This document shows positions 1 to 9,925 of a stretch of 64,000 bases of DNA, in pieces. The notes beneath the pieces are model-generated. The model searched no databases, was not told where the DNA came from, and worked only from the letters and a program-made list of their open reading frames with translations. A program made the translations under genes and the position numbers. Position 1 is the first letter of the stretch; every line of letters begins with the position of its first letter. Origin of the DNA: Candidatus Multivoradales bacterium (GTDB lineage: Bacteria; Acidobacteriota; Thermoanaerobaculia; Multivoradales; J023); assembly GCA_965248925.1 (NCBI GenBank), contig CBDFLE010000006.1, forward strand, positions 1,440,001 to 1,504,000, in the 5' to 3' direction.

Positions 1-1549
1 AGTCGCCCACCTCACCGCCAGATTCGGCATAGAACACGCTGCGGTCGAGCACTGCCACGCCACGCTCGCCACCGCCCAGACTAGTCGCCACCCGCGCCGA
101 ACCATCGGCATCCAGGCGCGCCAAGCGCACCACCATGGCACCGTCGAGCTCGGTGGCGGTGTAGCCGACGAATTCCGTCGCCCCTGGTTCACCGACCCCA
201 TAGACCGCCTCGCGCAGACTGGCCATGCGGCGCTGTAGCTCGCCGGTGGTATGGCGGGAACTCTCGCGGCGCGCGGCCAGATGGCGCTCGAAACCTTCGA
301 TATCGACCTCGAGCTGCTCTTCGGCGGCAATCTCACACACCGTGTCGAGTTCTTGGCCGTAGGTGTCGTAAAGCTGAAAAATTGCCTCGCCGGACAACAC
401 TCCTCGCCCTTGCTGGCGCGCGCCTTCGATGGCTTCCTGTACTCGTCGAGCGCCGCTGGCCAGGGTGTTGAGATACTTCTGCTCTTCCTCGCGCACGGTG
501 GCCGTGGTGGCGGTTTCAGTCTCACCGAGTTCGCGGTAGTGGTGGCCGAGCATCTCTCCCACCAACGGCACCAGGCGGTGCAGAAAAGGCTCTTCAAAGC
601 CTAGTCCCATACCGTGGCGCACCGCGCGGCGCAGTAGCCGACGGAGCACGTAGCCACGTCCATCGGGACCGGGAATGACCCCATCGGCAAGCATGAAGCT
701 CGCCGCCCGCAGATGGTCGCCAACCACCCTCAAGGAGACATCGGCCCGATCGTCGCGGCCATACTCGGTCCCGGCCAGGGCGGCGGCGGCACGCAGCAGC
801 GGCTGGAAGAGGTCGGTATCGTAATTCGAAGCCACCCCCTGCAGCACCGCCGCCACCCGCTCGAGTCCGGCGCCGGTATCGATCGACGGATTGGGCAACG
901 GCTGTTGCTGGCCGTCGGCAGTGCGCTCGAATTGCATGAAGACCAGATTCCAGATCTCGACATAGCGCCCGTTGTCGTTGCCTAGATGGAAGTCGATCTG
1001 GGGCAGCTCGGGCTGAAGGTCAACAAAAATCTCACTGCAAGGGCCACAGGGACCGGTCTCACCCATCGACCAGAAGTTGTCCTTGGCGCCACAGCGCACG
1101 ATGCGTTCGGCCGGCAGACTGGACAGCTGGCGCCACAGCTTGGCGGCTTCGTCGTCGTCCTCGAAGACGGTGGCGAAGAGCCGCGCAGCCGGCAACTCCC
1201 AGACCTCGGTGATCAGCTGCCAAGCAAAGCGAATGGCGTCTTCCTTGAAGTAGTCGCCAAAGGAGAAGTTGCCCAGCATCTCGAAAAAGGTGTGGTGACG
1301 AGGGCTGGGGCCGACATTTTCCAGGTCATTGTGCTTGCCCGACACCCGTAGACACTTCTGTGCCGTCACCGCGCGAGAATGCGGCGCTTCCTCGTTGCCG
1401 AGGAAGATGTCTTTGAACTGCACCATCCCGGCGTTGACGAACATCAGTGTCGGATCGCCCTGCGGCACCAACGGCGCGCTGGCCAGCGGCTGGTGGTCGT
1501 GCTGGCTGAAGTAGTCGATGAAACTCTGACGGATATCCTGACTCTTCAT
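1..1549 (-). CDS. alaS: Alanine--tRNA ligase, 5' part (runs off the window start)
   Basis: Manual translation from ATG at 1549 gives MKSQDIRQSFIDYFSQHDHQPLASAPLVPQGDPTLMFVNAGMVQFKDIF, the AlaRS N-terminal signature. It is absent from the ORF track because it is truncated. Confidence 0.96.
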   Translation of the reverse strand, partial: MKSQDIRQSFIDYFSQHDHQPLASAPLVPQGDPTLMFVNAGMVQFKDIFLGNEEAPHSRAVTAQKCLRVSGKHNDLENVGPSPRHHTFFEMLGNFSFGDYFKEDAIRFAWQLITEVWELPAARLFATVFEDDDEAAKLWRQLSSLPAERIVRCGAKDNFWSMGETGPCGPCSEIFVDLQPELPQIDFHLGNDNGRYVEIWNLVFMQFERTADGQQQPLPNPSIDTGAGLERVAAVLQGVASNYDTDLFQPLLRAAAALAGTEYGRDDRADVSLRVVGDHLRAASFMLADGVIPGPDGRGYVLRRLLRRAVRHGMGLGFEEPFLHRLVPLVGEMLGHHYRELGETETATTATVREEEQKYLNTLASGARRVQEAIEGARQQGRGVLSGEAIFQLYDTYGQELDTVCEIAAEEQLEVDIEGFERHLAARRESSRHTTGELQRRMASLREAVYGVGEPGATEFVGYTATELDGAMVVRLARLDADGSARVATSLGGGERGVAVLDRSVFYAESGGEVGD

Positions 1550-1609
1550 GGTGAGATTTCCCAAGACTGAAAGCTATCGATCACGAGCCAGAGCTGGACC
1601 CAGGGCTCT

Positions 1610-2086
1610 TCAGAGGTCTTCTGAAAGCTGTTCGGCGGACTCGGGACCCGTGCTGCGGAGCGCGGCGAAGATAGCACGGCGAGAGAACCCGCGGCGCTCG
1701 AGATAGCGCGCCAAAGCCGCCGATTCGCCGCTCGGCCGACGCGCCCACCAGCCGCGAGCGCTCTGCTCGGCAAGCTCTGTATCGTTCTCAGGGCAGACAT
1801 CATCGAGAGCTTGATCAGCAATCTCGGCATCGACCCCGCGGCGCAACAGGTCGGCAAAGAGTCGCCGCCGGCCAAGCCCTTGGCGGGCTAATTTGCTGCG
1901 CGCGAAGTCCCGCGCCAGGGAAGCGTCATCAAGCCAGCCAGCGGATTGCAGGCGATCGAGAGTGGCATCGAGGTCTTCGCGCCCGTAACCCCGCCGGCTC
2001 AACTTGGTGGCCAGCTCACGGCGAAAATGGGGCCGCCGAGCCAGCAGCTCGATCGCCTTGCCGTAACTGGTCGGCGTTTCAGCCAT
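1610..2086 (-). CDS. recX: Regulatory protein RecX
   Basis: AIELLARRPHFRRELATKL..GWLDDASLARDF..YLERRGF pattern; directly upstream of alaS. Confidence 0.9.
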   Translation of the reverse strand: MAETPTSYGKAIELLARRPHFRRELATKLSRRGYGREDLDATLDRLQSAGWLDDASLARDFARSKLARQGLGRRRLFADLLRRGVDAEIADQALDDVCPENDTELAEQSARGWWARRPSGESAALARYLERRGFSRRAIFAALRSTGPESAEQLSEDL

Positions 2087-2094
2087 CTGCTAAC

Positions 2095-3273
2095 TCAGCC
2101 CAAGCGTTCGATTTCGAAGCTTGAGTCTTCCTGCAGCACACCGTCCTCGCCACCATCGAGCTCCATGCCCTCTTCCATCTCCTCGCGAGCCACGTCCGAG
2201 GTGAACTGTACTCCGGCCACCTTGAGTTTGAACTCATCCGGGTTGGTGGCGCGGCGCAAAGCCTCGTCGAGGGTGATCAGACCACCCTTGAAGAGGTAGT
2301 ACAACGATTGATCGAAGGTTTGCATGCCGTATTGGCTGGTGCCCAAGGCGATCTGCTCACGGATGTACTTGGTCTTCTCTTTGTTCTCGATGCAATCGCG
2401 GATGTAGGGAGTGGTAACCATCACTTCGCAAGCCGGTACCCGCCCCATGTCATCAGCCCGCGGCACCAAGCGCAGCGAGACGATCGCCTTCAGCACTTGG
2501 CCGAGCTGGATGCGGATCTGCTTCTGATGGTGCGGTGGAAAGACCGAAATGATGCGATTGATGGTCTCAGCGGCATCCAAGGTGTGCAAAGTCGAGAACA
2601 CCAGATGGCCGGTCTCGGCCGCCAACAAAGCGGTCTCGATGGTCTCGTAGTCGCGCATCTCGCCGACTAGCACCACATCCGGATCCTGACGCATGGCGGC
2701 GCGCAGAGCCTGAGCGAAAGTGCGGGTGTCGACATCGATCTCGCGCTGATTGACCAGTGATTTCTTGTCCCGGTGGAGGAACTCGATTGGGTCCTCGATG
2801 GTCATGATGTGCTCGCCGCGGGTCGAGTTCACATAGTCGATCATCGCCGCCAGGGTGGTCGACTTTCCCGAGCCGGTGGTGCCGGTACAAAGCACCAAGC
2901 CGCGACGCTCCTCGGACACCTTCTCCAACACCTGCGGCAGCATCAGCTCGCGAATGGTCTTGATCCGCGCCGGAATGACCCGCAGAACCATGCCCACCGT
3001 GCTGCGCTGCTGAAAGACGTTGCAACGAAAGCGCCCCAGCCCCGGCACCGAATAGGCGATATCGATATCGAGCTCTTCCTTGAAACGCTGCTTCTGCCGC
3101 GCGTTCATGATCGAGTAGGCCATCGACAGGGTGTCTTCCTGCATCATCCGCTTGAGTTCGGACATCGGCTGTAGCTCGCCATCGACACGGATCACTGGAT
3201 GACTACCAACTTTCAGATGCAGATCCGAAGCCTTGCGCTCGACTGCGAGCTTGAGGAGGTCGTTGATGTTCAT
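2095..3273 (-). CDS. pilT: Type IV pilus retraction ATPase, PilT/PilU family
   Basis: ASDLHL, GTTGSGKSTTLAAMID, TIEDPIEF, RQDPDVVLVGEMRD, ETGHLVFSTLHT, GMQTFDQSL. Confidence 0.93.
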   Translation of the reverse strand: MNINDLLKLAVERKASDLHLKVGSHPVIRVDGELQPMSELKRMMQEDTLSMAYSIMNARQKQRFKEELDIDIAYSVPGLGRFRCNVFQQRSTVGMVLRVIPARIKTIRELMLPQVLEKVSEERRGLVLCTGTTGSGKSTTLAAMIDYVNSTRGEHIMTIEDPIEFLHRDKKSLVNQREIDVDTRTFAQALRAAMRQDPDVVLVGEMRDYETIETALLAAETGHLVFSTLHTLDAAETINRIISVFPPHHQKQIRIQLGQVLKAIVSLRLVPRADDMGRVPACEVMVTTPYIRDCIENKEKTKYIREQIALGTSQYGMQTFDQSLYYLFKGGLITLDEALRRATNPDEFKLKVAGVQFTSDVAREEMEEGMELDGGEDGVLQEDSSFEIERLG

Positions 3274-3436
3274 CGAAACATCCCTTGGGGGGTGGTTGCG
3301 GAGTGGAAAACAGCGAAATCGCCGCAGCTAGGCTAGCACAGAGGCCGGAGTGCAGAATCTCACTCTGTCAGCATGCTCTGAGGACCGACCACGGTGCTAA
3401 ACATCACCACAAGGCCAGCGGCGAAGACGACAGCAT

Positions 3437-6400
3437 CTACGCCTTGGCGTCTTTCAGACTGAGGACGAACTCGGCCTTCGGCTTCGTGCCGTCTGACCGC
3501 CGGGCAGCCTCCGGACACTCTGGGGCGGCTTGCCTTTTGAAACCACCGCCAGCCCATAAAGCGCTGGTGACGGTACCAAGGTTATAAGCCCGAATCCGGA
3601 GTTCGTGGATCTCCGTCGAATGTCTGAGAAGTCCTGCCAACCGGCTCTCGCTGAACTCTTTGATCAACCTCTCGACAAAGAGTTCGCCGACCCCCACACC
3701 CCATAGACCAGCCCCGACATAGAGCCGATCCGAGTCAACCCACCCAACTTTGGCTTCAATACGGACTTCGACGACGCCAGCGAGGATCCGCTGGGCATCT
3801 GGCCCGAGAGGAAGGGTCAGACCCAGCAGATAACCGTCGTTGGACGACCACTCGCGCCGCCTGGCACGCCACCGCTCGAGGGTGTAGCCGACACCATCAG
3901 GATCGCGGATACGCTGCAATTTCGCTGCTGTTACCTCGAAGCGTAGAGGGAGTTGGAACTCTGCGTGCATAAAGAGTTTGAACGAGCGCGGATAGAGTGG
4001 CGACAACCATGGCCACCAGGCGCGAAACAACTGGCTGGTCGCCCAGCGTCCGAGGCGGTTGAACCAGCCCTTGTAGCGCGGATGGCTGGCCGCCACCGAA
4101 CTGTCGTTCATGCCGCTGCGCACGCAGAGAGTGTGCATCAGGCGCAGCGCGCATTGGATGATCGGCAGCGCCTCGAACAGGACCAGGTCCAGACTAGCGG
4201 GTGGCGAGCAGCGGGGTGGAGTGCAGCCCAACACCTGACGGTAGAGTTCCCTTGGCCCTTTCGCCACCAGCTGAGCTTCCATCGTCTCCCATTCCCGCTC
4301 GAGGTCTGTCAAGGTCGGGGCATCATCGCCGCGAGTCGGCGGCCAGGCCAGCCGCGCCTCGAGAAAGACCCGGATCAAATGCCGCCGGTCGTGGACCTTG
4401 GGTTTGCCCTTCGGCTGCAGGCCGGCCAGCGCCTTGCCGGTAATGTGCTGACCGAGTTGCCGATAAGCCTCCCACTGGGCCTCGTCGTAGAACTGGTCGA
4501 GGGTGGTCTCATGGGGAAAGGCCTCGTTGCGGATGGCGTACTGACTGATGTCGCTAGGCTCTTCGCCGACCAGAGTGGGCTTTAGATAAAGCAAGATTCC
4601 CTGATCTCCCCGCGGGTACTCGATGGTACCGGCGACCATCGGTTGGCGGGCCGACCCAACAGCGGAACGCAGCGGCTCGAGGTCGATATCGATCTCGACC
4701 CCGAAGTCCTCACGCACTCGTCGCACCACATTGCCGAAATCGTCGAAGGCGACGTCTGGATCAGCGCCGCAATCCGACAGCAGGATATAGCGGCAGTGAC
4801 GCCGAATCAGCTCATACAATGCCAAGTTCTCGAAGTGGGCGCCATCGGAGAGGTGGACCCAGCCTGAGCGGGCAGTGCTCCATCCAAACAGCTCGCGCAG
4901 GAACAGCAGGCCCGGAAATTTGCGCTGAATCGAAGTCCAGGCCCGCCCAGCTCCGCTCGGCCCCTCGATCCACAGACCGAGGCGCAGGCCCAGGGCCGCC
5001 AGTAGAAAAGTCGACGGCCGCCCAATCCGCATCGACACACTGCCCATCAGTGAGTTGAAGGCGGCAGCCGAAGCGGTCATGGCGCCAGCCAGAGACGGGG
5101 CTCGCCCACCCTTCTTACCGGTCTCGCTCCAGCGCCGCCAACGGTCTCCGACCTGCAGTCCGTTGCGTGAGATGACGGCGCTCTGAGCACCCCGGTGCAA
5201 GGTCGGCAGCTCATCACTGGCAAGGTCGTTGGCGGTGCAGCAGATCAAGTGCAAAGGGCGCTTCGGCAGCTGGTCGACGCCAAGGTCATCCCCAGGGGCG
5301 ACCTCGGTGGCGAACGGCGGTGCGGTGCGGTTGGAGGCACCCAGATAACTGCGAGTCAGCCGTCCTCGATAGAGAGCGTGAAAACCGGTTTCGTGCGGGT
5401 CGAAAACCACTGCCGCGACCGCCAGCAGCAACGCCGCTACCAGCAGCGGCCACAGCAGATGGCTCCATGCCAGGGACTCGGCCAGCAGTACAAGCAGCGC
5501 AGCGCTGGAGGTTGCACTAGCGAGAATGGTAATCGAGGCGATCAACCGCGGCAGCCAGGGGCGCAACAAAGCCCGCCACCGAGCGCCGCTCGGCTTGTTT
5601 GGCTGGGCCGAAAACAACCGGCGAGCGAAAGCGAAGGTGCCACCGCCACCGAGCGCCGTGGCAACGGCACCGACAATGCCCTCGACACCAACCGCCGCAA
5701 GCCACTGGCCACCCAGCCAGCAACCGCCGACGACCAGCCAGGTCGCCGCACCGAGGAGAGTCAACGACAGCACCCGACCCAGGGCCGCCTGCCGAGCCCG
5801 CGCCGGTTGCGGATCTCTTTCCCCTTGAGCTGCCAGGCGGCTGAGAAAAGTCTGAAAGACCGCCAGAACCAAGGCCGTCACCAACCAAGCCCCGGCTGGT
5901 AGGGCTACCAGGCCACCGGCAGTGAGCGCGGCGTCTGGCGGCAGCGAGCGGAGCAGCATCCAACTCGGCAACGGCACCAGATGCCACAAGAACCACCAAG
6001 CAGTCACCGTCAAGACTACGGCGAACAGGCTCCAGGCCAGGTAGGCGCCGTTGGCCCGGCTCGCCTCTGCTTCCGGCCGCCGCCACCACAACGCTTCACC
6101 GACCAGCACGAGCGTTGCAGAGATCCCCAGCATCCACCCCGCGTTGGCCAGCCCTGGTGGTCCCCAACCGGCACCGCTCAAGTACTGCGACAGCACCGCC
6201 CACGCCGCCAACACGAAAACCAACACCGCCAGCGCGATCACCACCGATGGCACCACCGCACCAAAAGCGCCCGCGACGATGCGGCCGGTCGAGAAGGTAA
6301 ACAGAGACATCCGCGGTCGCAAGAAGTTGGCAAACTCCCGAAGATGACGAATCTCCTCTGCCTCAGGCTCTCCGCTCGGGAACATGGGTGCGGGTTCTTC

Positions 6401-6877
6401 GTCCTCTTTCTTCTCTCCGTCCTCGTTTCTCCTTCCCGGCCCTATCTCTCTTTCTTCCTCTCGTTTTCTCCGCTTCAGCCAAGCGCTCCAGAAGCCGCCT
6501 ACGTAACCGCCACCGGAGACTGTCGACACGTAGTCGACGCCCGACAGGATCTTCAACTTGTCAAGCTCCTGCAGCACACCGAGATTGAAAGTGGCGCTGC
6601 GGATGCCGCCGCCGGAAAGTGCCAAGCCGACCCGCTCCGGCGCCGTAACCTCCTCCCGCCAGCGGGGGAAACGCTGACTGCTTGGACAGGTCAGCTGTGG
6701 CGATTCCTGGTCAGTCCTCTCGATGTCGGCATCTTCGAGTTGCTGCAGGCTCGCCCAGCAGTTGCAACTGTCGAACAAGCTCTCCTCCGTCAAGCCCGAC
6801 GACTCGCTAGCTTCCACCTCTGGCGGCGCCTCCACTTCTACGGTGGTGGCGTTCATTACCTGTTCGTTGTTGCTCAC
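3437..6877 (-). CDS. Large multi-pass membrane patatin/cPLA2-like phospholipase with possible C-terminal GNAT-like domain
   Basis: GLALSGGGIRSA, STVSGGGY (catalytic Ser), LSDGAHFENLALYEL (catalytic Asp), FPHETTLDQFYDEAQWEAYRQLG; about 8-9 hydrophobic segments inserted in the catalytic domain. Confidence 0.85.
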   Translation of the reverse strand: MSNNEQVMNATTVEVEAPPEVEASESSGLTEESLFDSCNCWASLQQLEDADIERTDQESPQLTCPSSQRFPRWREEVTAPERVGLALSGGGIRSATFNLGVLQELDKLKILSGVDYVSTVSGGGYVGGFWSAWLKRRKREEEREIGPGRRNEDGEKKEDEEPAPMFPSGEPEAEEIRHLREFANFLRPRMSLFTFSTGRIVAGAFGAVVPSVVIALAVLVFVLAAWAVLSQYLSGAGWGPPGLANAGWMLGISATLVLVGEALWWRRPEAEASRANGAYLAWSLFAVVLTVTAWWFLWHLVPLPSWMLLRSLPPDAALTAGGLVALPAGAWLVTALVLAVFQTFLSRLAAQGERDPQPARARQAALGRVLSLTLLGAATWLVVGGCWLGGQWLAAVGVEGIVGAVATALGGGGTFAFARRLFSAQPNKPSGARWRALLRPWLPRLIASITILASATSSAALLVLLAESLAWSHLLWPLLVAALLLAVAAVVFDPHETGFHALYRGRLTRSYLGASNRTAPPFATEVAPGDDLGVDQLPKRPLHLICCTANDLASDELPTLHRGAQSAVISRNGLQVGDRWRRWSETGKKGGRAPSLAGAMTASAAAFNSLMGSVSMRIGRPSTFLLAALGLRLGLWIEGPSGAGRAWTSIQRKFPGLLFLRELFGWSTARSGWVHLSDGAHFENLALYELIRRHCRYILLSDCGADPDVAFDDFGNVVRRVREDFGVEIDIDLEPLRSAVGSARQPMVAGTIEYPRGDQGILLYLKPTLVGEEPSDISQYAIRNEAFPHETTLDQFYDEAQWEAYRQLGQHITGKALAGLQPKGKPKVHDRRHLIRVFLEARLAWPPTRGDDAPTLTDLEREWETMEAQLVAKGPRELYRQVLGCTPPRCSPPASLDLVLFEALPIIQCALRLMHTLCVRSGMNDSSVAASHPRYKGWFNRLGRWATSQLFRAWWPWLSPLYPRSFKLFMHAEFQLPLRFEVTAAKLQRIRDPDGVGYTLERWRARRREWSSNDGYLLGLTLPLGPDAQRILAGVVEVRIEAKVGWVDSDRLYVGAGLWGVGVGELFVERLIKEFSESRLAGLLRHSTEIHELRIRAYNLGTVTSALWAGGGFKRQAAPECPEAARRSDGTKPKAEFVLSLKDAKA

Positions 6878-8106
6878 CCGGCACTCCAGAATCCGCCTGG
6901 CGGCGCCGAGCAGTAGTAGACCGCAGCGCCGAAAGCTTGGCCAACCACTAACCCACTGGCTCCTTCGAGTTCGACGACTACAGAGGCGCCGCTGACCAGA
7001 CCGCCGGGATCGAACGACATGGCGTCGATCTCACCCTGCGGACCGATCTCGAGCCGCCATAAGATGCTCGGCGAAGCAGCCCACGGGGAGATCGCGTGCT
7101 GGGCGAGGCGGCGGAGGTTGGCGCTGCCGGCAGCCAGCAGCACGCTGGCTGTCGGATCAGCCCAGGTCAGATTGTCAAGCCCCGGCAACTCCTTGCCCAA
7201 TGGTCGGCCCTCGAGCAGTCCCTGGCGGTCCCGAACAGCGTCGAGGTCGACCTCGTAGAGCCGGCCCTCGAAGGTGGCAGTGACGTAGAGCTTGCCGAAC
7301 TTGCCCAAGAGACCTGGGCGATGGGCGATACCATTGAGAAAACGCCCGTGTTCGAAGATGACACTGAATGTGCCGTGGCAGATCAGCTCCTCAGATCGAC
7401 AGCGGATCTGCACTATCTTGGAGTTCGAATTCGGCCCATCGCGCTCAAGCCACAGCGCCAGAGCACCGTGCGGCGGCGAGGTGACGTAAACATCGCCGTT
7501 GGCAAGTGCTACCAGGTCATTGCCGTGGGTCAGGACTCGTGGCTCAGCAAACCGCTGGACGAAGCGCAGCCGGTGGCGCTCGACGACAAAGACCTCGACG
7601 CTAGTGAAAGGACGGCGGTAGAAGGCAACTTCGCTGGCCGCGGCCAGACAGTTGGCAGCCGGCGTGGCGTCCTCAGCCCGGTGGTGGTTGACGATGTAGA
7701 GCAGCGGTACCGGCTTGCTGCCTGGCGCGATGAGGCGATCAACCCGCGACAGCCCGTGGGGACGGAACGAGCAAGCGTCACGGCCGGCCAAGGTCAGTCG
7801 TTCGGCCCGCGCCGCGACACCCGGCGACGGTAAGGTAAGCGCGTAGACTGCGCCATCAGCACCGCCACCGCGACGGCGATCATGCGACGAGACCAACAAC
7901 CGATCACCATCCAAGACCAGATCCTCAGGCCCCGGAACGGCGGCGACCGGAATACAGCTCGCATCACCGGCCGGCGACAGCTCGCTCGGCGGACCCGGCG
8001 CTCGGCAGGTGACGAGAAGGGTCGACAACAACAGCACCGGCAATCGAGCGCCAGCTCTGCAATCGGTTCGACGGCGGGACGACGGTTTGGTCTCGTTGGC
8101 TCGCAC
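6874..8106 (-). CDS. Paraoxonase/arylesterase-like (SGL family) beta-propeller, probable lipoprotein
   Basis: PGPEDL, FRPHGLS, LYIVNH, GNDLVA, FLNGI and LDNL motifs; LLVTC lipobox-like signal; 4-bp overlap with the patatin gene. Confidence 0.75.
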   Translation of the reverse strand: MRANETKPSSRRRTDCRAGARLPVLLLSTLLVTCRAPGPPSELSPAGDASCIPVAAVPGPEDLVLDGDRLLVSSHDRRRGGGADGAVYALTLPSPGVAARAERLTLAGRDACSFRPHGLSRVDRLIAPGSKPVPLLYIVNHHRAEDATPAANCLAAASEVAFYRRPFTSVEVFVVERHRLRFVQRFAEPRVLTHGNDLVALANGDVYVTSPPHGALALWLERDGPNSNSKIVQIRCRSEELICHGTFSVIFEHGRFLNGIAHRPGLLGKFGKLYVTATFEGRLYEVDLDAVRDRQGLLEGRPLGKELPGLDNLTWADPTASVLLAAGSANLRRLAQHAISPWAASPSILWRLEIGPQGEIDAMSFDPGGLVSGASVVVELEGASGLVVGQAFGAAVYYCSAPPGGFWSAG

Positions 8107-8353
8107 CTGTCTCCTCAGATCTACTCAAAAGGTCTCAGTCGAATACATTGCGGCTTATTTCCGCAAGCTACTGCCTCACTATCCTGCGCAGAATTTCCCA
8201 TAGCAGCCCCCAGAACGGACCGCTGTACTGAGGCGAGAATACCCACTTGAGCGAGGCGCTCTGCCCACAAGCCTAACCCAGCCGGCTGGCCGGATGCTGA
8301 ATCTCTCACCAATGAGGTGAGTCAGCTTTCATCATGGAACGCTGATCGGCCGC

Positions 8354-9043
8354 TCAGCACAGCAGCTTCGCGGCGGCGGCCAACGCCGCTGTCTCGACGC
8401 GCAAGATGCGCTCACCGAGACCCAGCGCGGCGCAATTCAACTCTTGCCAGCAGCCGCGTTCCGACTCGCTCCATCCGCCTTCCGGGCCGATCGCCACCGC
8501 TACCGAACCCTCCGTTGACCGAGGACTCGCAGCCACCGCGCCAACGTCGAGCAGCCAGCGTTCCTCTGCCGGGGCCAGCAGATCCGCCACCTCGGCCCAG
8601 GCATGCACGCCGCTAATCTGCGGCAACCGAGAGCGGTGACATTGCTCCAAGGCCGCGGCCGCCACCCGCCGGAACCGCTCCAGTTGGCCGTTGCCGTAGC
8701 GCCGCGGAGCGCGCTCGCTGGCGATGAACCGTATCGCCACGACACCGAGTTCGGTGGCCTTCTCGACCAACCATGAAGCGCGTTCGGGACGAGGCGGCGC
8801 CACCAGCAAGGTCAGCTCCAACGCCGCTTCGCGACTCGCTGCCGAGTCTGCCAAAAGCACTTGGGCGCAATGCCGATCGACTTTTTCGACCGTCGCCCAG
8901 CGCGCTTTGCCCCGACCGTCAACGATCCGTAAACGGCTTCCTACGGCCAAGCGACGGGCGCGAAACAAATGGCGGTAGGCATCCCCTTGGATCTCGATCT
9001 GCTCGCCTGCAAAAGCCTGCTGAGCCACCAGATGGGTGATCAC
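8354..9043 (-). CDS. rsmE: 16S rRNA m3U1498 methyltransferase
   Basis: EKATELGV, AALEQC, IGPEGGWS, LGERILRVETAA; GTG start at 9043 overlaps the prmA stop. Confidence 0.95.
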   Translation of the reverse strand: MITHLVAQQAFAGEQIEIQGDAYRHLFRARRLAVGSRLRIVDGRGKARWATVEKVDRHCAQVLLADSAASREAALELTLLVAPPRPERASWLVEKATELGVVAIRFIASERAPRRYGNGQLERFRRVAAAALEQCHRSRLPQISGVHAWAEVADLLAPAEERWLLDVGAVAASPRSTEGSVAVAIGPEGGWSESERGCWQELNCAALGLGERILRVETAALAAAAKLLC

Positions 9044-9909
9044 GACTGAACTCCCGCGCTGCGCACCAGAGTCCACGCGACCCACTCCTCAGCGTAACGC
9101 TCGGCAGAGGGCGCCAGGCCAAGGCCGGCGAATTGGGCAAGTAGCTCGCTGCGCCTGGTGGCTAGATTGCCGGAGCTGATCAGCCGGCCTCCGGGCCGCA
9201 GGGCGCGGACAAGTCGCGGCAGGTCGTCGACAATACGCTCGGGCAAGACATTGACCAGCAGCAGGTCGAAGCTCTCCACCACCGCCAGGCAGGCGGCTGT
9301 CCCTGCCACCAAGCGAGGAGCCAGAGCATTGAGTTGGGAGTTGCCACGAGCGGTGATCACCGAGGGCAGATCGAAATCGTAGGCGACCACCGAGCGCGCA
9401 CCGCAGCGCAAGGCTGCGAAGGCCAAAATGCCTGAGCCGCAGCCGACATCGAGCACCTGCTGGCGCCGAAGATCGAGTTCCTCAAGCAGTTCCAAGGCCA
9501 AACGGGTGGACTCGTGGCTGCCGGTGCCGAAGGCGTTCATCGCCGGAATCCGCAGCAACACACGCTCGCCAGCCGTGATCGTCGGATCGTCGTCGGGATC
9601 GCGGGGATCGAGCAACCAGCAGCGACCCACTTCAAAGGGCACCGCCTGGGCTCGGTAATCAGCCAGCCAATCACGATCTTCGAGCGCTCGATCGGCCACT
9701 TGCCGCACTCCACGAGCCGCCCAAGGGTCGAGGTTGATCTGGGACGAAGGCGCTGTGCTGGCAGGTGGGAAATAGGCTTCGACGCGGATCTCCTCGCCCG
9801 CCGAGCAGATCTCGAGGCCGGCTACACCTGCTGCCCACAACTCGACGGTGAAGTCCTCTTCGAGCGCCAGGGGCAGCAAGAAACTCTGCTGACGGTAGGG
9901 AGCGGACAC
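9040..9909 (-). CDS. prmA: Ribosomal protein L11 methyltransferase
   Basis: AFGTGSHESTRL, VLDVGCGSGILA; dnaJ-prmA-rsmE order; start position estimated. Confidence 0.92.
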   Translation of the reverse strand: MSAPYRQQSFLLPLALEEDFTVELWAAGVAGLEICSAGEEIRVEAYFPPASTAPSSQINLDPWAARGVRQVADRALEDRDWLADYRAQAVPFEVGRCWLLDPRDPDDDPTITAGERVLLRIPAMNAFGTGSHESTRLALELLEELDLRRQQVLDVGCGSGILAFAALRCGARSVVAYDFDLPSVITARGNSQLNALAPRLVAGTAACLAVVESFDLLLVNVLPERIVDDLPRLVRALRPGGRLISSGNLATRRSELLAQFAGLGLAPSAERYAEEWVAWTLVRSAGVQS

Positions 9910-9925
9910 GACAGCTGGGGCGGAC

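Noticed and set aside
3333-3356. CIRCE-like CTAGCACAG-N6-GAGTGCAGA upstream of pilT
   Set aside because: The spacer is 6 rather than 9 nt and both arms have mismatches.
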